Assembly: GCF_006345805.1 (NCBI RefSeq)
Contig: NC_043019.1
Span: 26,969,360-27,033,359, forward strand
Source of the DNA: Octopus sinensis
Taxonomy: Eukaryota
Direction of reading: 5' to 3'
Length of the DNA stretch: 64,000 nt
Part shown: one piece after another, positions 1 to 12,950 of the stretch
Position numbering within the stretch: position 1 is the stretch's first letter
How the letters are laid out: each line of letters starts with the position of its first letter
Position numbers and translations under genes: made by a program
The notes under the pieces: generated by a model
What the model was told of the DNA's origin: nothing
Databases searched by the model: none
What the model saw: only the letters and a program-made list of their open reading frames with translations

Positions 1-269
1 CAAGTACACACACACTCATATCCATACATAGATGCATACACACATATGCACACACATACATACATAGACAAGCTCATACACACATACATACACACATATA
101 CGCTCACACACACACACGTAGACAAAACACAAACATATATTCACTCACACATATACATACAAAAACATACATACACATATACACACACATACATACACAA
201 CAATACACACACATGCACACATACGCACTCACATAGCCAGGCATACATTTAAATACTTATTCACAAACG

Positions 270-500
270 TAAATATACTCCAGAGCCTCTTTGTGGTCGT
301 TCCTGCTGCTAAAAACAACAGCCAAATATTTATCGATTTTTTTCAGTGTGATCTTGCGAAAGGAAGGACTCACTGGATAATGTAATCCGAGGTATGCAAT
401 GCCAAAGACAAGGACGAGACGACCACCACGTCTAGAACACCTTTGATCATAGGTCTGACAACTCAATCCTGGCAGGCCTAGGGTTAAGCAACAATAATTA
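270..500 (+). mobile_element. Degenerate interspersed repeat with (CAA)n-like tail
   Basis: CCTTTGATCATAGGTC...AAGCAACAATAA end; a related inverted fragment lies at ~31000-31075. Confidence 0.45.
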
Positions 501-546
501 CAACATACAAGTATCGATTACACAAGCTCTTTCTTTCTCTCTTTCT

Positions 547-581
<35 letters not shown>

Positions 582-849
582 GCTCGCACGTGCACGCACA
601 CACAGACACACACACACACTCGAAGGATAGACATAAACACACAGGTAAACACGTGTGTAGATCCTGTGTGCATCTTGCAATCACATTCATGAACACACGA
701 ACACGCACACGTAGATACACGCGCATACACACAAACATATATACATGTATATGCATGACCATAACACATCGACAATGCACGCTCCCACACACACATATAT
801 ACACACATACATACCTATATATAATACATAATATATAATAGTAATAGTA

Positions 850-895
<46 letters not shown>

Positions 896-898
896 TGA

Positions 899-1001
<103 letters not shown>

Positions 1002-1058
1002 AATATAATAATAATAATATAATAATGTGATGATGATGATGATGATGAGATGATATAA

Positions 1059-1090
<32 letters not shown>

Positions 1091-1130
1091 GAATGATGAT
1101 GATGAGATGATGATGATGATGATGATGATG

Positions 1131-1188
<58 letters not shown>

Positions 1189-1456
1189 TAATAATAATAA
1201 TAATAAATATAGACAGATAGATAGTATACAATACTCAAATCACGCAAGCACACACGTACACATATACATACATATATACAGACAAAGGTGCGCGCATATG
1301 CGTACATGCATAAATACATACGCACACACACACACACACATGTATATATATATATATATATAAATATATGCATTCAGGCATATATACACACATAAATACA
1401 TATACACGTCTGTACGTAAATACATGTGCATAGGAATATATAGAGAATTGCACACA

Positions 1457-1492
<36 letters not shown>

Positions 1493-1822
1493 ACACACAC
1501 ACACACACACATGCACACACATGTACACAAAAGCGTATTGAAGTGCTTAAAAACACGCGCACGGACGTATAAACACACAAACAAACATTTAAATACATAT
1601 ACACACGGGAATATAATCACGCATACATACGTACTAAAACACACACACGCACGCACACGCACACACCTATATACACGCACGTGCCTACACACACAACAGG
1701 TAATCCGAATGTAAATAGAGCGAACGCGTGTATATAACATTCTGTATATGAGGAGTATGTGTGTGTGTATATATATAAATATATTTATGAATATGTATGT
1801 ATAGATACATATATATATTATA

Positions 1823-1902
<80 letters not shown>

Positions 1903-2466
1903 TATATATATACATACATATATATTATGTATGTATTATACACACACACACATATATATATATATACCGTAAAACACATACAATCTACATACATATGTGT
2001 ATACAAGTCTTGTTATTATTGCACATGTCCAGACCAAACGTGATTGCAGGTAATCCTGTTGTGACCACCCCTTCACATTTTTTTTTTTACTTTAGACATG
2101 CATTTAATACATTAGTCAATATACACGTATTTATATTTTTCTTTTAAAGTTGGAACGAGTTCATTTATGGAATGGTTTGGCTGCTATTACTGGCTTGTCG
2201 AGCGTCCTTGGCTTGTCGTCTGCCGCCGTGGCTTGTCGTCTGCCAGTCTGTTTGCATGCCTATCTCTATGCTTGTATGAATGTATGTATGTTTATATGTT
2301 CGCATATCTGTGCGTATATATACCCCCACCCAATATTTACATATATATAGATGTAGACACGTAAACAGACTATTAAATACATTATATACACACATTAAAT
2401 ACATATATATCTTATACGCACTTATATGTGTGTGGATGTATGTACGTATGTATGTATGTGTGCATG

Positions 2467-2520
<54 letters not shown>

Positions 2521-2549
2521 ATGTGTTGTGTGTGTGTTTGTGTGTATAA

Positions 2550-2584
<35 letters not shown>

Positions 2585-2661
2585 TATCATGTGTAAACAT
2601 CGGACACATGCATATATATATGCGTGTGCGTTTATATAAATGTATGAATGTATATACAAAT

Positions 2662-2699
<38 letters not shown>

Positions 2700-3060
2700 T
2701 TGGAACTCCCCCACCCATCATACTGCATCTCATATCTTTAAGGAATATTTTGTCATATCTCCAATTAATTCATAATTAGCACCTCTCAATGAAAAATGCC
2801 CTGTTTAAACAAAAATATAGGTGTGTGTGTGTGTGTGTTTGCGTCTGTGTGAATGCGTGTGTGTGTATATATATATACTTATATACACACACACATACAT
2901 GCATATTTGCAAGCATACATATATACGTACCTGCCTATGTATTTCTACGTCTAGTGCTCGCGTATGGGGTTGGGTGGGGGGAAAGAAAAATATTTGCATA
3001 GCATTTTCCAAACATGAAAGTGCACAAGTGTTTATGTACATATATATATTATATATATCT

Positions 3061-3094
<34 letters not shown>

Positions 3095-3187
3095 ACGATT
3101 GCATGCATGCACGCATCTATTTGCATTAACAATACACCTGTGTCTATACGATGGTATATATGCATCTATACGATGGTATATACGTAC

Positions 3188-3235
<48 letters not shown>

Positions 3236-3244
3236 ATATATATA

Positions 3245-3283
<39 letters not shown>

Positions 3284-3474
3284 TAATGTATGTATATATA
3301 TATGTATATCATAAACTACAAAATAAGTGTAGATACTCACCATATATACGTCGTGTGTTTTAACAGCGAGAGAATGACAAAATCACTGCTCCTAACACAA
3401 CTTCTGAATCGCTTCTCTACTCTCTATGTATTTGTGTATTACATATATATACATATACATAGTTTATATAATAT

Positions 3475-3515
<41 letters not shown>

Positions 3516-3552
3516 GTATGTATGTATGTATGTATTATATATATATGTATGT

Positions 3553-3583
<31 letters not shown>

Positions 3584-4086
3584 TATATGTTTATGTATAC
3601 ATTTAGAGTATGAGAAAGTTGTTTGTGTTTAGGTGTACTAGTATATTGCCTGTAGGTATTTGTATGTGTATGAGTATGTGTGTATGTGTGTGTATGCGTG
3701 TGTCTGTATGTATTGGTGCGATTATGTATATATGTGTCTGTATATATATATAATATATATATGTATGTGTGTGTGTATGTGTATATGTATGTGTAGAGTG
3801 TTTACTGCTGCTATATAGAATCCGTCTTTGATAAAAGTAGCTTCTCTTTTAGATTGGCATCAAGATGGCAAGTAAGCAGGAGCAATATTTCTGTGAATGA
3901 ACGAAGGACTCGTCCAGGAAGCTTGTTTTTGTTGTTGTTGTTGTTGCAGTTGTTGTTGTTGTTGTTGTTAGTTGTCTTTCTCACTTTCTTTTACTTCTTT
4001 TCTCCTTTCTTTCTTTCTTCGCCTTTTTGCAATTCTGTCTCTCCTCCTCTCTCTCTCTCTCTCTCTCTCTCTCCCGCTTTTTGTTG

Positions 4087-4146
<60 letters not shown>

Positions 4147-4949
4147 GTCTGTCTGTCTGTCTGTCTGTCTCTGTCTGTCTGTCTGTCTGTCTGTCTGCTT
4201 GTCTGGCTGTCTGTCTAAATATTTATCTGTCCATTTATCTCTCTCTCTCTCTCTCTCTATTTATCTATCTATCTTTCTTTCTTTCACGCGCGTGCACACA
4301 CATTCCTCTCTCTCTCTCTTTCTCTCTTTCTCTCTTTCTCTCACTTTATACATGTGTGTGTATGTGTATTTATATATATATGCATACTAATACAAACATA
4401 CAAGCTCATTCATTTACACACACACACACACACACGCACGCACACACGCACACACACGCACACACACACACACACACGTACACACACACACACACTTCAT
4501 TATGTATATTTCTTCCTTCTCTCGCCACTGGCCCTCTTCTCTCTCTCCTCTTTCTCCCTCCTTCCTCCCCAAAACTCCCCTATTATTTTCTTTCTCTCCT
4601 TCTCTCTGCCTCTTACCCCCATTCTTTCATTCTTCCCCCCCTTTTGTGTCTCACTTTTCATTGTCCCGCCTCTTTCTCTTTTTCTGTATCTCTCTCTCTA
4701 TCTCTCTTTCTTCCTTCCTACCTCTTTCTATCTCTCTGTCTACTTCTCCCTTTCTTATTCTCCTTGTTCTTCCTTTCACCTTACCCTCTCTTTCTCTTTC
4801 TTCCTTTTTTCCTTCTTCCTTCTTTCTTTTTTCATAATTCCTTTTACTTTGTTCCCCCCTCTCACTCCCTATCTTCTTCCCTTTTAAATACTTTTACTTG
4901 AATTTCCTTCTTTACTCCAACTTCTCCTCATTCACAGATGAGGTTAGGA

Positions 4950-5440
4950 TAGCAGTCTATAGCTGAAGAATTGGACAAGGTTTAGAATGAAGGATCGAGG
5001 CAACGAAATACAAAGCGATGAGAAGAAAACCGACGATCGTTTCAGACAAGTCAAGGTTTCCGAGGTGTTTTGTAAGCATGTAGTTTCGAGGAACAGAGGC
5101 CGTTATAGTAGCGGTAGAGGATACAGAAAGGTGAAACAGGGCGCCTGTGAGCATTTCATTGTAGTCTTACAGTGAGCAAGTGATTGAAGAACACCTTTCG
5201 TTTTGAAAGCAAACATGGTGGTTTTTCTTCTAGCGCCAACTTGAATGACTGGTTGAATGACCAAATCCAAGTTTCTCTACTAGTTCCTCGACAGTTATGA
5301 TGAGATTATGTTCCACCAAGGTTTGCAGGACGTCCTCGTCGAGTTCGACAGATCTTCAAGGACGAGGCTCGTCTTCTAGGCTGTAGTTTCTGGCTCAGAA
5401 TTTCTGGAACCACTTTGACACTGGTTTATGCTTATTGTCC
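4950..5440 (-). pseudogene. CR1/L2-group LINE RT C-terminal remnant
   Basis: Minus frame HRRPVSPFCILYRYYNGLCSSKL, the HRR.V.SL.LFYRYY.G.CS.EL motif of this LINE group. Confidence 0.75.
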
Positions 5441-6122
5441 GATCCCTATATACTGCGTTAATATTCCTCGCACTTTCCTTTGCGTTGTTGTCTTTATTGA
5501 ACTCATAAAGCAAAATATGCTGAATATCTTCCTTTGTCACTTCCATTATCGCTTTGAAAAATTAACAGTTGAAATCGAACTGCACTCTTCAAAAGTGGCG
5601 CTAAGAATTATATGGTAAAAGTACTACCTGTTTTTATCGCAAGTTGATGCAGGTAGTTTATCTCGCCCCACTCCGACTTTTAGTTCATGCAACTAAAAAA
5701 CTGCATTATTTATGGTATGACCCAATACATATGTTGAACCGTTAATTCCTACACATTATTTTCTCTCTCCCTTTTTTTTTCGTTCTCTCTCCTTTTTCTT
5801 TCCTCTCAATCTTTTCATCTGAAGAGCGTAGGTTTGAAACGTCAAAGACTTTTCCATTCTTCCCGAGCGTTAAACTAATACACCTGCCTGGTGTTCCTTC
5901 ACTTGTCTTCGTCTTTCGTTTTCTGTAAAATTGAACTATCAGGCCATCCCATAAGTTCTGTCCGGTTTTACTTTTTTTTAAATTGAATGAAATTTAATAG
6001 TATTTTAGAATGTCTAATGGAATTTAAAATTATTTTTATGCATTTGTGTACATTTAAACTAATTAAATATTATTTTACAGAATAATAGTATTAAAATTTC
6101 TTTGATTAAAACCCTTTCTAAC

Positions 6123-7571
6123 ATGGAAGTATCCAAAGAGCATTTGAGGCACAATGCTTTATGAGAACAAAAAAGGAAACTCTGCAGCCGAAGCGACTCG
6201 AAATATACACTCAGTTTATGTGAAAGAATGCTTGAATGAAAGAACTTGCAGAAGATGGTTTGCAAAATTCAGAAGTGGAGATTTCAGCCTTGAAGATGAA
6301 GATCGAACAGGACGTCCAGTTGAGTTTGATGATAAACTTTTTGTGGCATTACTTGAAGAAAATCCTGCATTATCAGCTGAAGAATTGGCAATAAAGATTA
6401 GTTCAAACCATACAACTGTTCATCGTCATCCTCAACATCTTGGAAAGGTTCCTAAACTTGGAAAATAGGTGCCTCATGAATTGTCCAAAAGCAACCACAA
6501 ATCCCGAGTTGACATCTGATCTGTCCATTCTCGCGAACTCATTTCACCCTTTTTGGATAAACTTGTGACTGGTGATGAAAAATGGATCTTCTATCGAAAT
6601 GTTAAACGTCGTAAACAGTGGCTTGGTAAAAGGGAAAAAGCTCAACTGCAACCGAAAAGGGAAATTCATGGGGAAAAGGTTCTTCTCTCTATCTGGTGGG
6701 ATTGCAAAGGAGCAATTCACTTTGAATTGTTACCACCTAATACAACAATCAATGCTCAAGTCTACGGTCAGCAATTAGAGCGTTTGAACCAAGCTTTGAA
6801 GAAAAAAAGACCCGCTTTAGTGAATCGAAATGTAGTGATGTTTCATCCGGACAATGCATGACCCCACACTGCAAAGATCACATCACAGAAGATCGAAGAG
6901 CTTGGTTGGGAAAAAATTCCTCATCCACCTTATTCTCCTGGTCTTGTTCCTTCAGATTACCATTTGTTTTGTAGTTTACATGTCCGACACTCGCATCCCA
7001 AAACAGCTCTTCTACGGTGAACTCAGCCAGGGCAAACGCAAAGTCGGAGGGCAGAAGAAGCGCTTCAAGGACAGTCTCAAAGTCTCTCTCAAAGACTTCT
7101 CCATCGGCACAGAGACTTGGGAGACACTTGCTGCCGACCGCTCATCCTGGCGCAGCGCAATCACCACAGGAGCAAAGACAGCCGCGGAGAGACGGATTCA
7201 GTCAGCAGAACAGAAACGCCAGATGCGGAAAGCCAGAGCCACCTGCACCAATAGCACAGCCCCTACCCACTTCTGCCCCACCTGTGGGAGGGGCTTTCTT
7301 GCCCGGATTGGCCTCACCAGCCACCTCCGGCCTCATAGCAGCAATTCCACCAAATGATGCCAATGGTCATCTTCGAACCCGAAGGACGAACATTATTATT
7401 ATTAGTTTACAGAATCATTTGGGGGACATAACTTTCGCAAGCCAGGAGGAGGTTGAAACTGACATTTCAGAGTTCTTCGCTTTGAAACCAAAAGAGTTTT
7501 ACGTTGATGTGACTAAAAAGCTTGTAAATAGATGGAAGGAAGTCATAGATAATGAGGGAAAGTACATTTGA
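6123..7571 (+). pseudogene. Mariner transposase pseudogene, interrupted by an RTE insertion at 6981-7402
   Basis: MEVSKEHLRH / MLYE..KGNSAAEATRNI HTH region; WVPHEL mutated to *VPHEL; TGDEKW; HPDNA followed by a stop; PYSPGLVPSDYHLF; C-terminus RWKEVIDNEGKYI*. Several frameshifts and stops. Confidence 0.96.
6981..7402 (+). mobile_element. 5'-truncated RTE-clade LINE nested in the mariner
   Basis: Stop-free RTE C-terminus RIPKQLFYGEL..GKRKVGGQKKRFKD...CPTCGRGFLARIGLTSHLRPH (C2H2 finger), short 3' UTR, (ATT)n tail, TSD TAGTTTACA at 6972-6980 and 7403-7411. Confidence 0.95.
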
Positions 7572-7621
7572 TCACTTATTTTCTTTATTCAGAATTCGGA
7601 CAGAACTTATAGGATGATCTG

Positions 7622-7678
<57 letters not shown>

Positions 7679-8324
7679 TGTGTGTGTGTGTATGTGTGTG
7701 TGTGCGTGTGTGTGTGTATGTGTGTGTGTGTGTGTGTATTCTTCATTACACCTAGTTCATTCCCTTTTTCTTCTTTCCTTATGTTTAATTTTCTGAAGAG
7801 GAGCATAAGCTCAAAACGTGAAGGACAATTCTATCTCATTTTCCCCCTTCAACAAGTGTTAATAGAAATAATTACATTTTATTTTCACCTTGTTATTTTT
7901 ACTCGTTATTTATGCCCTACTAGATACATAATCCATACCTACATCCATACTTGTGTGTATGTGTGTGTTTGTGCGTGTGTGTGCGTGTGTGTGCGTGTGT
8001 ACTCAAACACATGATATCAGACCTTTTCAAGAGCACCAATCTATAATACACGCAGTCACACGCACACACAAACACGTTCTATTAAATATTGTCTATAATG
8101 GCCCGTAATATAGATTGCATTGTTTTTTCCCATTATATTTAAATGTATAAGTGCAAATGGCTCTATTGTCTACAAAATGCTTCCATCGTGTCTACAATAT
8201 TGAGCACTCCATAGATGGGAAGAATCTAGGCAATTGAATACTCAACAAGTTTCGGTGTATTGATTTCTTCATTAGAAACAATGACCATAATATTTATACA
8301 CCCCCACATATATATGCATGTATG

Positions 8325-8376
<52 letters not shown>

Positions 8377-8530
8377 TTATATATTTATGTATATGTATAT
8401 ACATATATATAGTATGTTTATATATATACATATATGCGCACACACATATCTGTATATATATATATAGATAATATATATTATATATATATATATACATTCA
8501 TGTATATATATATATATACATATATATATA

Positions 8531-8574
<44 letters not shown>

Positions 8575-8855
8575 ACACACACACACATATATATATATAT
8601 ATAAGTGTATGTGTGGGTGTGTGTGTGTATACTGGGTGTTTTGTTTGCGGTCAAATTAATATAGATGGCGCTGTTTTGTAATATATTTAAGTGTATAGAG
8701 CCGCTGCTGCTGCCAACATATTTAAACAGTAAATAGCTTTATTGAACCATTTATTTAGTGGATAGGCGAAGCATTGATTGTGTTATTGAATATATTCACC
8801 CACACACTCACACACACACACACATCATTACAATAGAACATATATAAACGTTCAT

Positions 8856-8886
<31 letters not shown>

Positions 8887-8991
8887 CGTTCGTACGTATG
8901 TATGTACTGCTCGCCTGTATATATGTCTTGGAGGTAATATGAAACAAAAAGTTTATGCCGAGCGTGGATTACAGCAGCAGCAGCTACAACA

Positions 8992-9404
8992 TCATCATCA
9001 TCATTGTTCGACCGTGGTCAAGACAATGGAATTTACCATTGTACGCCAGACTTCACGGTCCATCATGGCATTACGGAGGTCCTGTTGCTGGATGCCTGTA
9101 TCCCTGGAGATTACATCAGGGTAGGAGAGTGTGCGCCCTCTGGTATTGCGAGTAGATGGCTTCCAGAGGAGAAGAGCAGAAATTACTTCTTTTTCAGCTC
9201 TACAACAATGTCCAGCAAACTGGACTCTCCTACCTTTCACAAGAGATGACACAGGTGGTAGTTTCCCATATATTTGCATTTTGGTTGGATGGCGCCTCCA
9301 CGAGAGATTTTGAGCTCTCATAAGGAGGCGAGTGTAGGTTCCATCCAACCGCCTCTCAAGCTTCTTTGATAACGTCCAGGTTTCTGAGCCATATAGTAGA
9401 ATTG
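8992..9404 (-). mobile_element. 5'-truncated RTE-X-like LINE
   Basis: ILLYGSETWTLSKKLERRLDGTYTRLLMRAQNLSWRRHPT...FAGHCCRAEKEVISALLLWKP...; (TGA)n tail; 12-bp TSD GCAGCTACAACA at 8980-8991 and 9405-9416. Confidence 0.92.
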
Positions 9405-9839
9405 GCAGCTACAACAACAACAACAACAACAACAACAACCTAATGCCCGTTTATAATATATAAAATTTGAACAGAATGATAGCCATGACTGCCACTCATG
9501 GAATCCTGAAAAAGCCTGGTGACCCCTAATGTCAAGGAAAATACTCCGTCGCAGCCATAGTCTCCGGTCTACAGGCGGAAGGTCGGTCCATGGCCTGGCC
9601 AACCATACATGACAATTTACGAACACACATCACTTCCTATTCACTTTGATCCCTAAATACTATTAGAAAACGAGATACGTAACCAAGGAAGAATGTTTCC
9701 GCTCAGCACTCAACCCCTGCCATCATGGCCAGTAGACAGAACAAATGTGGCTACCATTCCCTGTCAAATGAAGGCGGTGGACTGGTTTTTCACGGTGGAC
9801 TCGTGTGATAGCTCAATCCGCCCCATCTGCGACTACAGC

Positions 9840-10250
9840 TGTTCTACATGAATCTAGACGTCAACACCTCAACGCCAAGCACGAAGGTTGCGTCGTCAGA
9901 GCTAAAATGCGTGCCTTAAGGAAAGAAGGGATCGAAGTTGCGCGAGAGGCCCGGGTAGCGGAGGCGCAGCGTGGCAACAGAGCCACCATTCGGTCTCTAA
10001 TAGATCAACAGGGATGCAGTTTACTCGAACCCGAAAGGATGTGTGAGGCCTTTCAACAGCACTTTGCTCGACTGTTTGGTGCGAGTGGTGGGTCGGAATG
10101 CGGGATGGATTTCAGTGCCTACCTGACCGACCTGCCGCGGCTCTCGGCAGGAGAAGCGAAGTGTTGTGAAAGTCCCATCACAGCCGCTGACGTGTGGGAT
10201 GCGATGGCGGGCTGCGCGAGGGATAAGTCGCTTGGATTGGACGCTGAACT
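9840..10250 (+). pseudogene. L1/Tx1-clade LINE ORF2 fragment (linker between endonuclease and RT)
   Basis: GCVVRAKMRA...TIRSLIDQQG...FQQHFARLF...LPRLS...PITAADVWDAM...KSLGLD matches the 'LP.LS..PIT..E..AL..KSPG.DG' motif that precedes the RT domain in L1/Tx1 ORF2. Confidence 0.85.
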
Positions 10251-11548
10251 AGTGAGTGCAGACAACTCTGCTTCCTAACGTGCATCGTATGCTGTAAACA
10301 GGACTTGTTGATGACGTTGCCGTGCCTGAAGAATTTTATTTCTAACCAATCAAATCCTTTGCCTCACTAGTTCTTCCAAACCAAGGAACGTCCGGATATC
10401 AACACTCCGTTGGCTGTGAGTTTTTTTCCCCTACCAGAATCTATCACAGAGTTGTGAGAGAGAAGAACGTGTGTAACGTTCCGGTGCCTTGCCAAGGCCG
10501 CGAGGACTTTCGTTGTCCGATGCTAGGAACGATTGGAGAGACAGTACTCGTAGACACGTCAAATGGAATCTCTTTTATTGAGGGAGGGAGGTAAGTGGTA
10601 CCGAATGTATGCCCTTCAAAACAGACGACAGAAATGGAGACACAGTGTCCAGGGCAGAAGGCCCCCTACCTTCTACATTTGTTTCAGTAAAAGCAATTTA
10701 AGGGATTAGAAGAAAGAAGATGATGATGATGATGAAGAAGAAGAAGAAGAAGAAGAAGAAGAAGAAGAAGAAGAAGAAAAACAACAACAACAACAACAAT
10801 AACAACGACGACGACGACAACAAGGTTGTTGTGCTCTTAAGGTGGCACCGGCACAACTTCGAATTTATCAGAAGAAATCGCCCTTTTCTCTTTGATAGGA
10901 GTTTTGACCACAAACCCTCTCACCCAATCACAACCAGCGGAAAGAATAAGAATCATCCAAAACAGCAACAACTAGAACTAAACGAATTGAACGGGGAATC
11001 CCCATCCTCCTTACAGTAGCGGCACCAATCCACCATCTTGTGAAAATGTGGAAGAGAATGAGACCATAGGAGAGCGACATCCATGTTGGAGGAAAAGCGA
11101 AAAATATCAAACAACGGGAAAAAGATATTAAAAGAGAGTGAGGCCAGTGGTTACCTTCACCGAAAGAGGAAGAAGTCTCTGGTAAGGATTGGATCTCCTA
11201 TGAAAGAGGGACTGTCTCTGGCGAAGAGGAAGAACATCTCTCTGGAGTGGGAGGGATCTGTTTGCTGAAAATGTGATCATGTCTCACGTGAGGAAGAACC
11301 TGTCAGCTGCCCGACTGAATCAACGAACTTGCTTTTTTTCTTTTTTTTTTGTTTTGTTTTTCATACAACAAAACCTTTCTATTCAAAAATTGTCGTTGAC
11401 GCACAGTTACCTCCCCTTTGAATAATCGCCAAAACAAAATAAACCAGCTTCTTTCCAGGACACACAAAAAAAAAATGCAAAAAACAAGCAAAGTCGATTA
11501 TTAATGAATTCATAACATACAGATTATAGAAGATGAAAATTAAATGCA

Positions 11549-11588
<40 letters not shown>

Positions 11589-11712
11589 GACATTTTAGAA
11601 AAACAAACTTAGCATAACAGACATATTTGACAGCAGTAAAAAAACAACATGAAAAGCGACGACGACAACGATAACAACAACGGCCATGACGATCCGGACA
11701 GCACACGCATAT

Positions 11713-12118
11713 ACTCTTTTACTTGTTTCAGTCATTTGACTGCGGCCATGCTGGAGCACCGCCTTTAGTCGAGCAAATCGACCCCGGGACTTATTCTTTG
11801 TAAGCCCAGTACTTATTCTATCGGTCTCTTTTTGCCGAACCGCTAAGTGACGGGGACGTAAACACACCAGCATCGGTTGTCAAGCAATGCTAGGGGGACA
11901 AACACAGACACATACAAACATACACACACACTTATATATATACATACATATATACGACAGGCTTCTTTCAGTTTCCGTCTACCAAATCCACTCACAAGGC
12001 ATTGGTCGGCCCGGGGCTATACCAGAAGACACTTGCCCAAGATGCCACGCAGTGGGACTGAACCCGGAACCATGTGGTTGGTTAGCAAGCTACTTACCAC
12101 ACAGCCACTCCTGCGCCT
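11713..12118 (-). mobile_element. tRNA-derived SINE family A, full length
   Basis: Head AGGCGCAGGAGTGGCTGTGTGGT (A box) ... GGTTCAGTCCC (B box), central TTGGGCAAGTGTCTT motif, internal (TA)/(TG) microsatellite, (GAGTAAAA)n tail. About 10 homologous copies in the window. Confidence 0.92.
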
Positions 12119-12129
12119 ATCAAAATGAA

Positions 12130-12950
12130 AACGAGGCGAATAATAGTCACACTTCATTATTTGCAAGCGTCGTTCTAAGAAGAAATCCTTTGACAGGAAC
12201 CATCTCACAGAAAGGACAGACGCGTGGGAGCATTTCGTTTTGCTATATCTGGGCATGTTGAATATATCTCAAACTGGTGGCATCTATCAGTGGCAATGCC
12301 AAACCAAGGACTTCTGGAAGTTATCCAAACCAATTCCTGATCCGAAAATTCTCCAGGATATACTCGCCAGTTCGTTTCCGTCGATGCCCAGAGCTTTTCC
12401 GAGAACGTTGTCACTCTTTCTCAGCTCTAAACTTGCATAATTTGCTGGAGTAGAGCTTCTACCAATCGCTTTGCCAAACTAGTTGCGAGCAGTGAACACC
12501 TGATATTCTACACGCTAGACACTCGCTCAATATCTGTCTTTCCTTGACTCAAAACCAGCTCAGTTACGGAGATGAGCGGCGAAAAGATGTGCCTTACGAA
12601 CTGTATCAAGGAATCTCTGCAGGAAATTCAGTAGCCACGCTATCTTCGCATCAATAGTCACGCTATGTCTAGTCCATTGTACTTGTAGCAGATTGATCGC
12701 CTGACCACAGTGCAACGCATTTCTTCCACACAAGAAGTCAAAGAACAACTGCCATCTGATCAGACGGTAAATAAAGCAAAGTACAACGGTCAGGTTGTGA
12801 GCAATAATAGATGCGATTTAGGTTCGATATTTCTGCTCGAATTTTCAAGGATTGCTTTTCGTTGGCCCGCTTCTGAGTAAGACTAGTTATTCTTCTCCTT
12901 ATCTCGACTGAGTTTTGGAGCAATTGGAGGGCGGGACCGAACCAGGTCCT
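12130..12950 (-). pseudogene. Degraded Tx1-like LINE ORF2 3' region
   Basis: Minus-strand pieces KALGIDGNELASISWRIFGSGIGLDNFQKSLVWHC and STCPRYSK resemble the zf-RVT/C-terminal region; many stops and frameshifts. Confidence 0.6.

Larger units (their letters stand above)
5939..7622 (+). mobile_element. Full-length mariner (Tc1/mariner, DD34D) DNA transposon, defective
   Basis: 26-bp TIRs TCAGGCCATCCCATAAGTTCTGTCCG (5939-5964) and CGGACAGAACTTATAGGATGATCTGA (7597-7622), 3 mismatches, flanked by TA on both sides. Encodes mariner transposase motifs. Confidence 0.97.

Noticed and set aside
2150-2260. Possible exon after TTTTCTTTTAAAG
   Set aside because: The content is a short GGCTTGTCG repeat with no donor and no recognisable peptide in any frame.
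6854-7571. 167-aa and 184-aa ORFs as a mariner-RTE fusion gene
   Set aside because: Each joins one element's true frame to an off-frame reading of the other, and the upstream transposase is already broken by stops and frameshifts.
9840-12950. The two Tx1-like fragments as a twin-priming inversion of one element
   Set aside because: The geometry is wrong: the inverted 5' piece would have to lie to the right of the minus-strand 3' piece.
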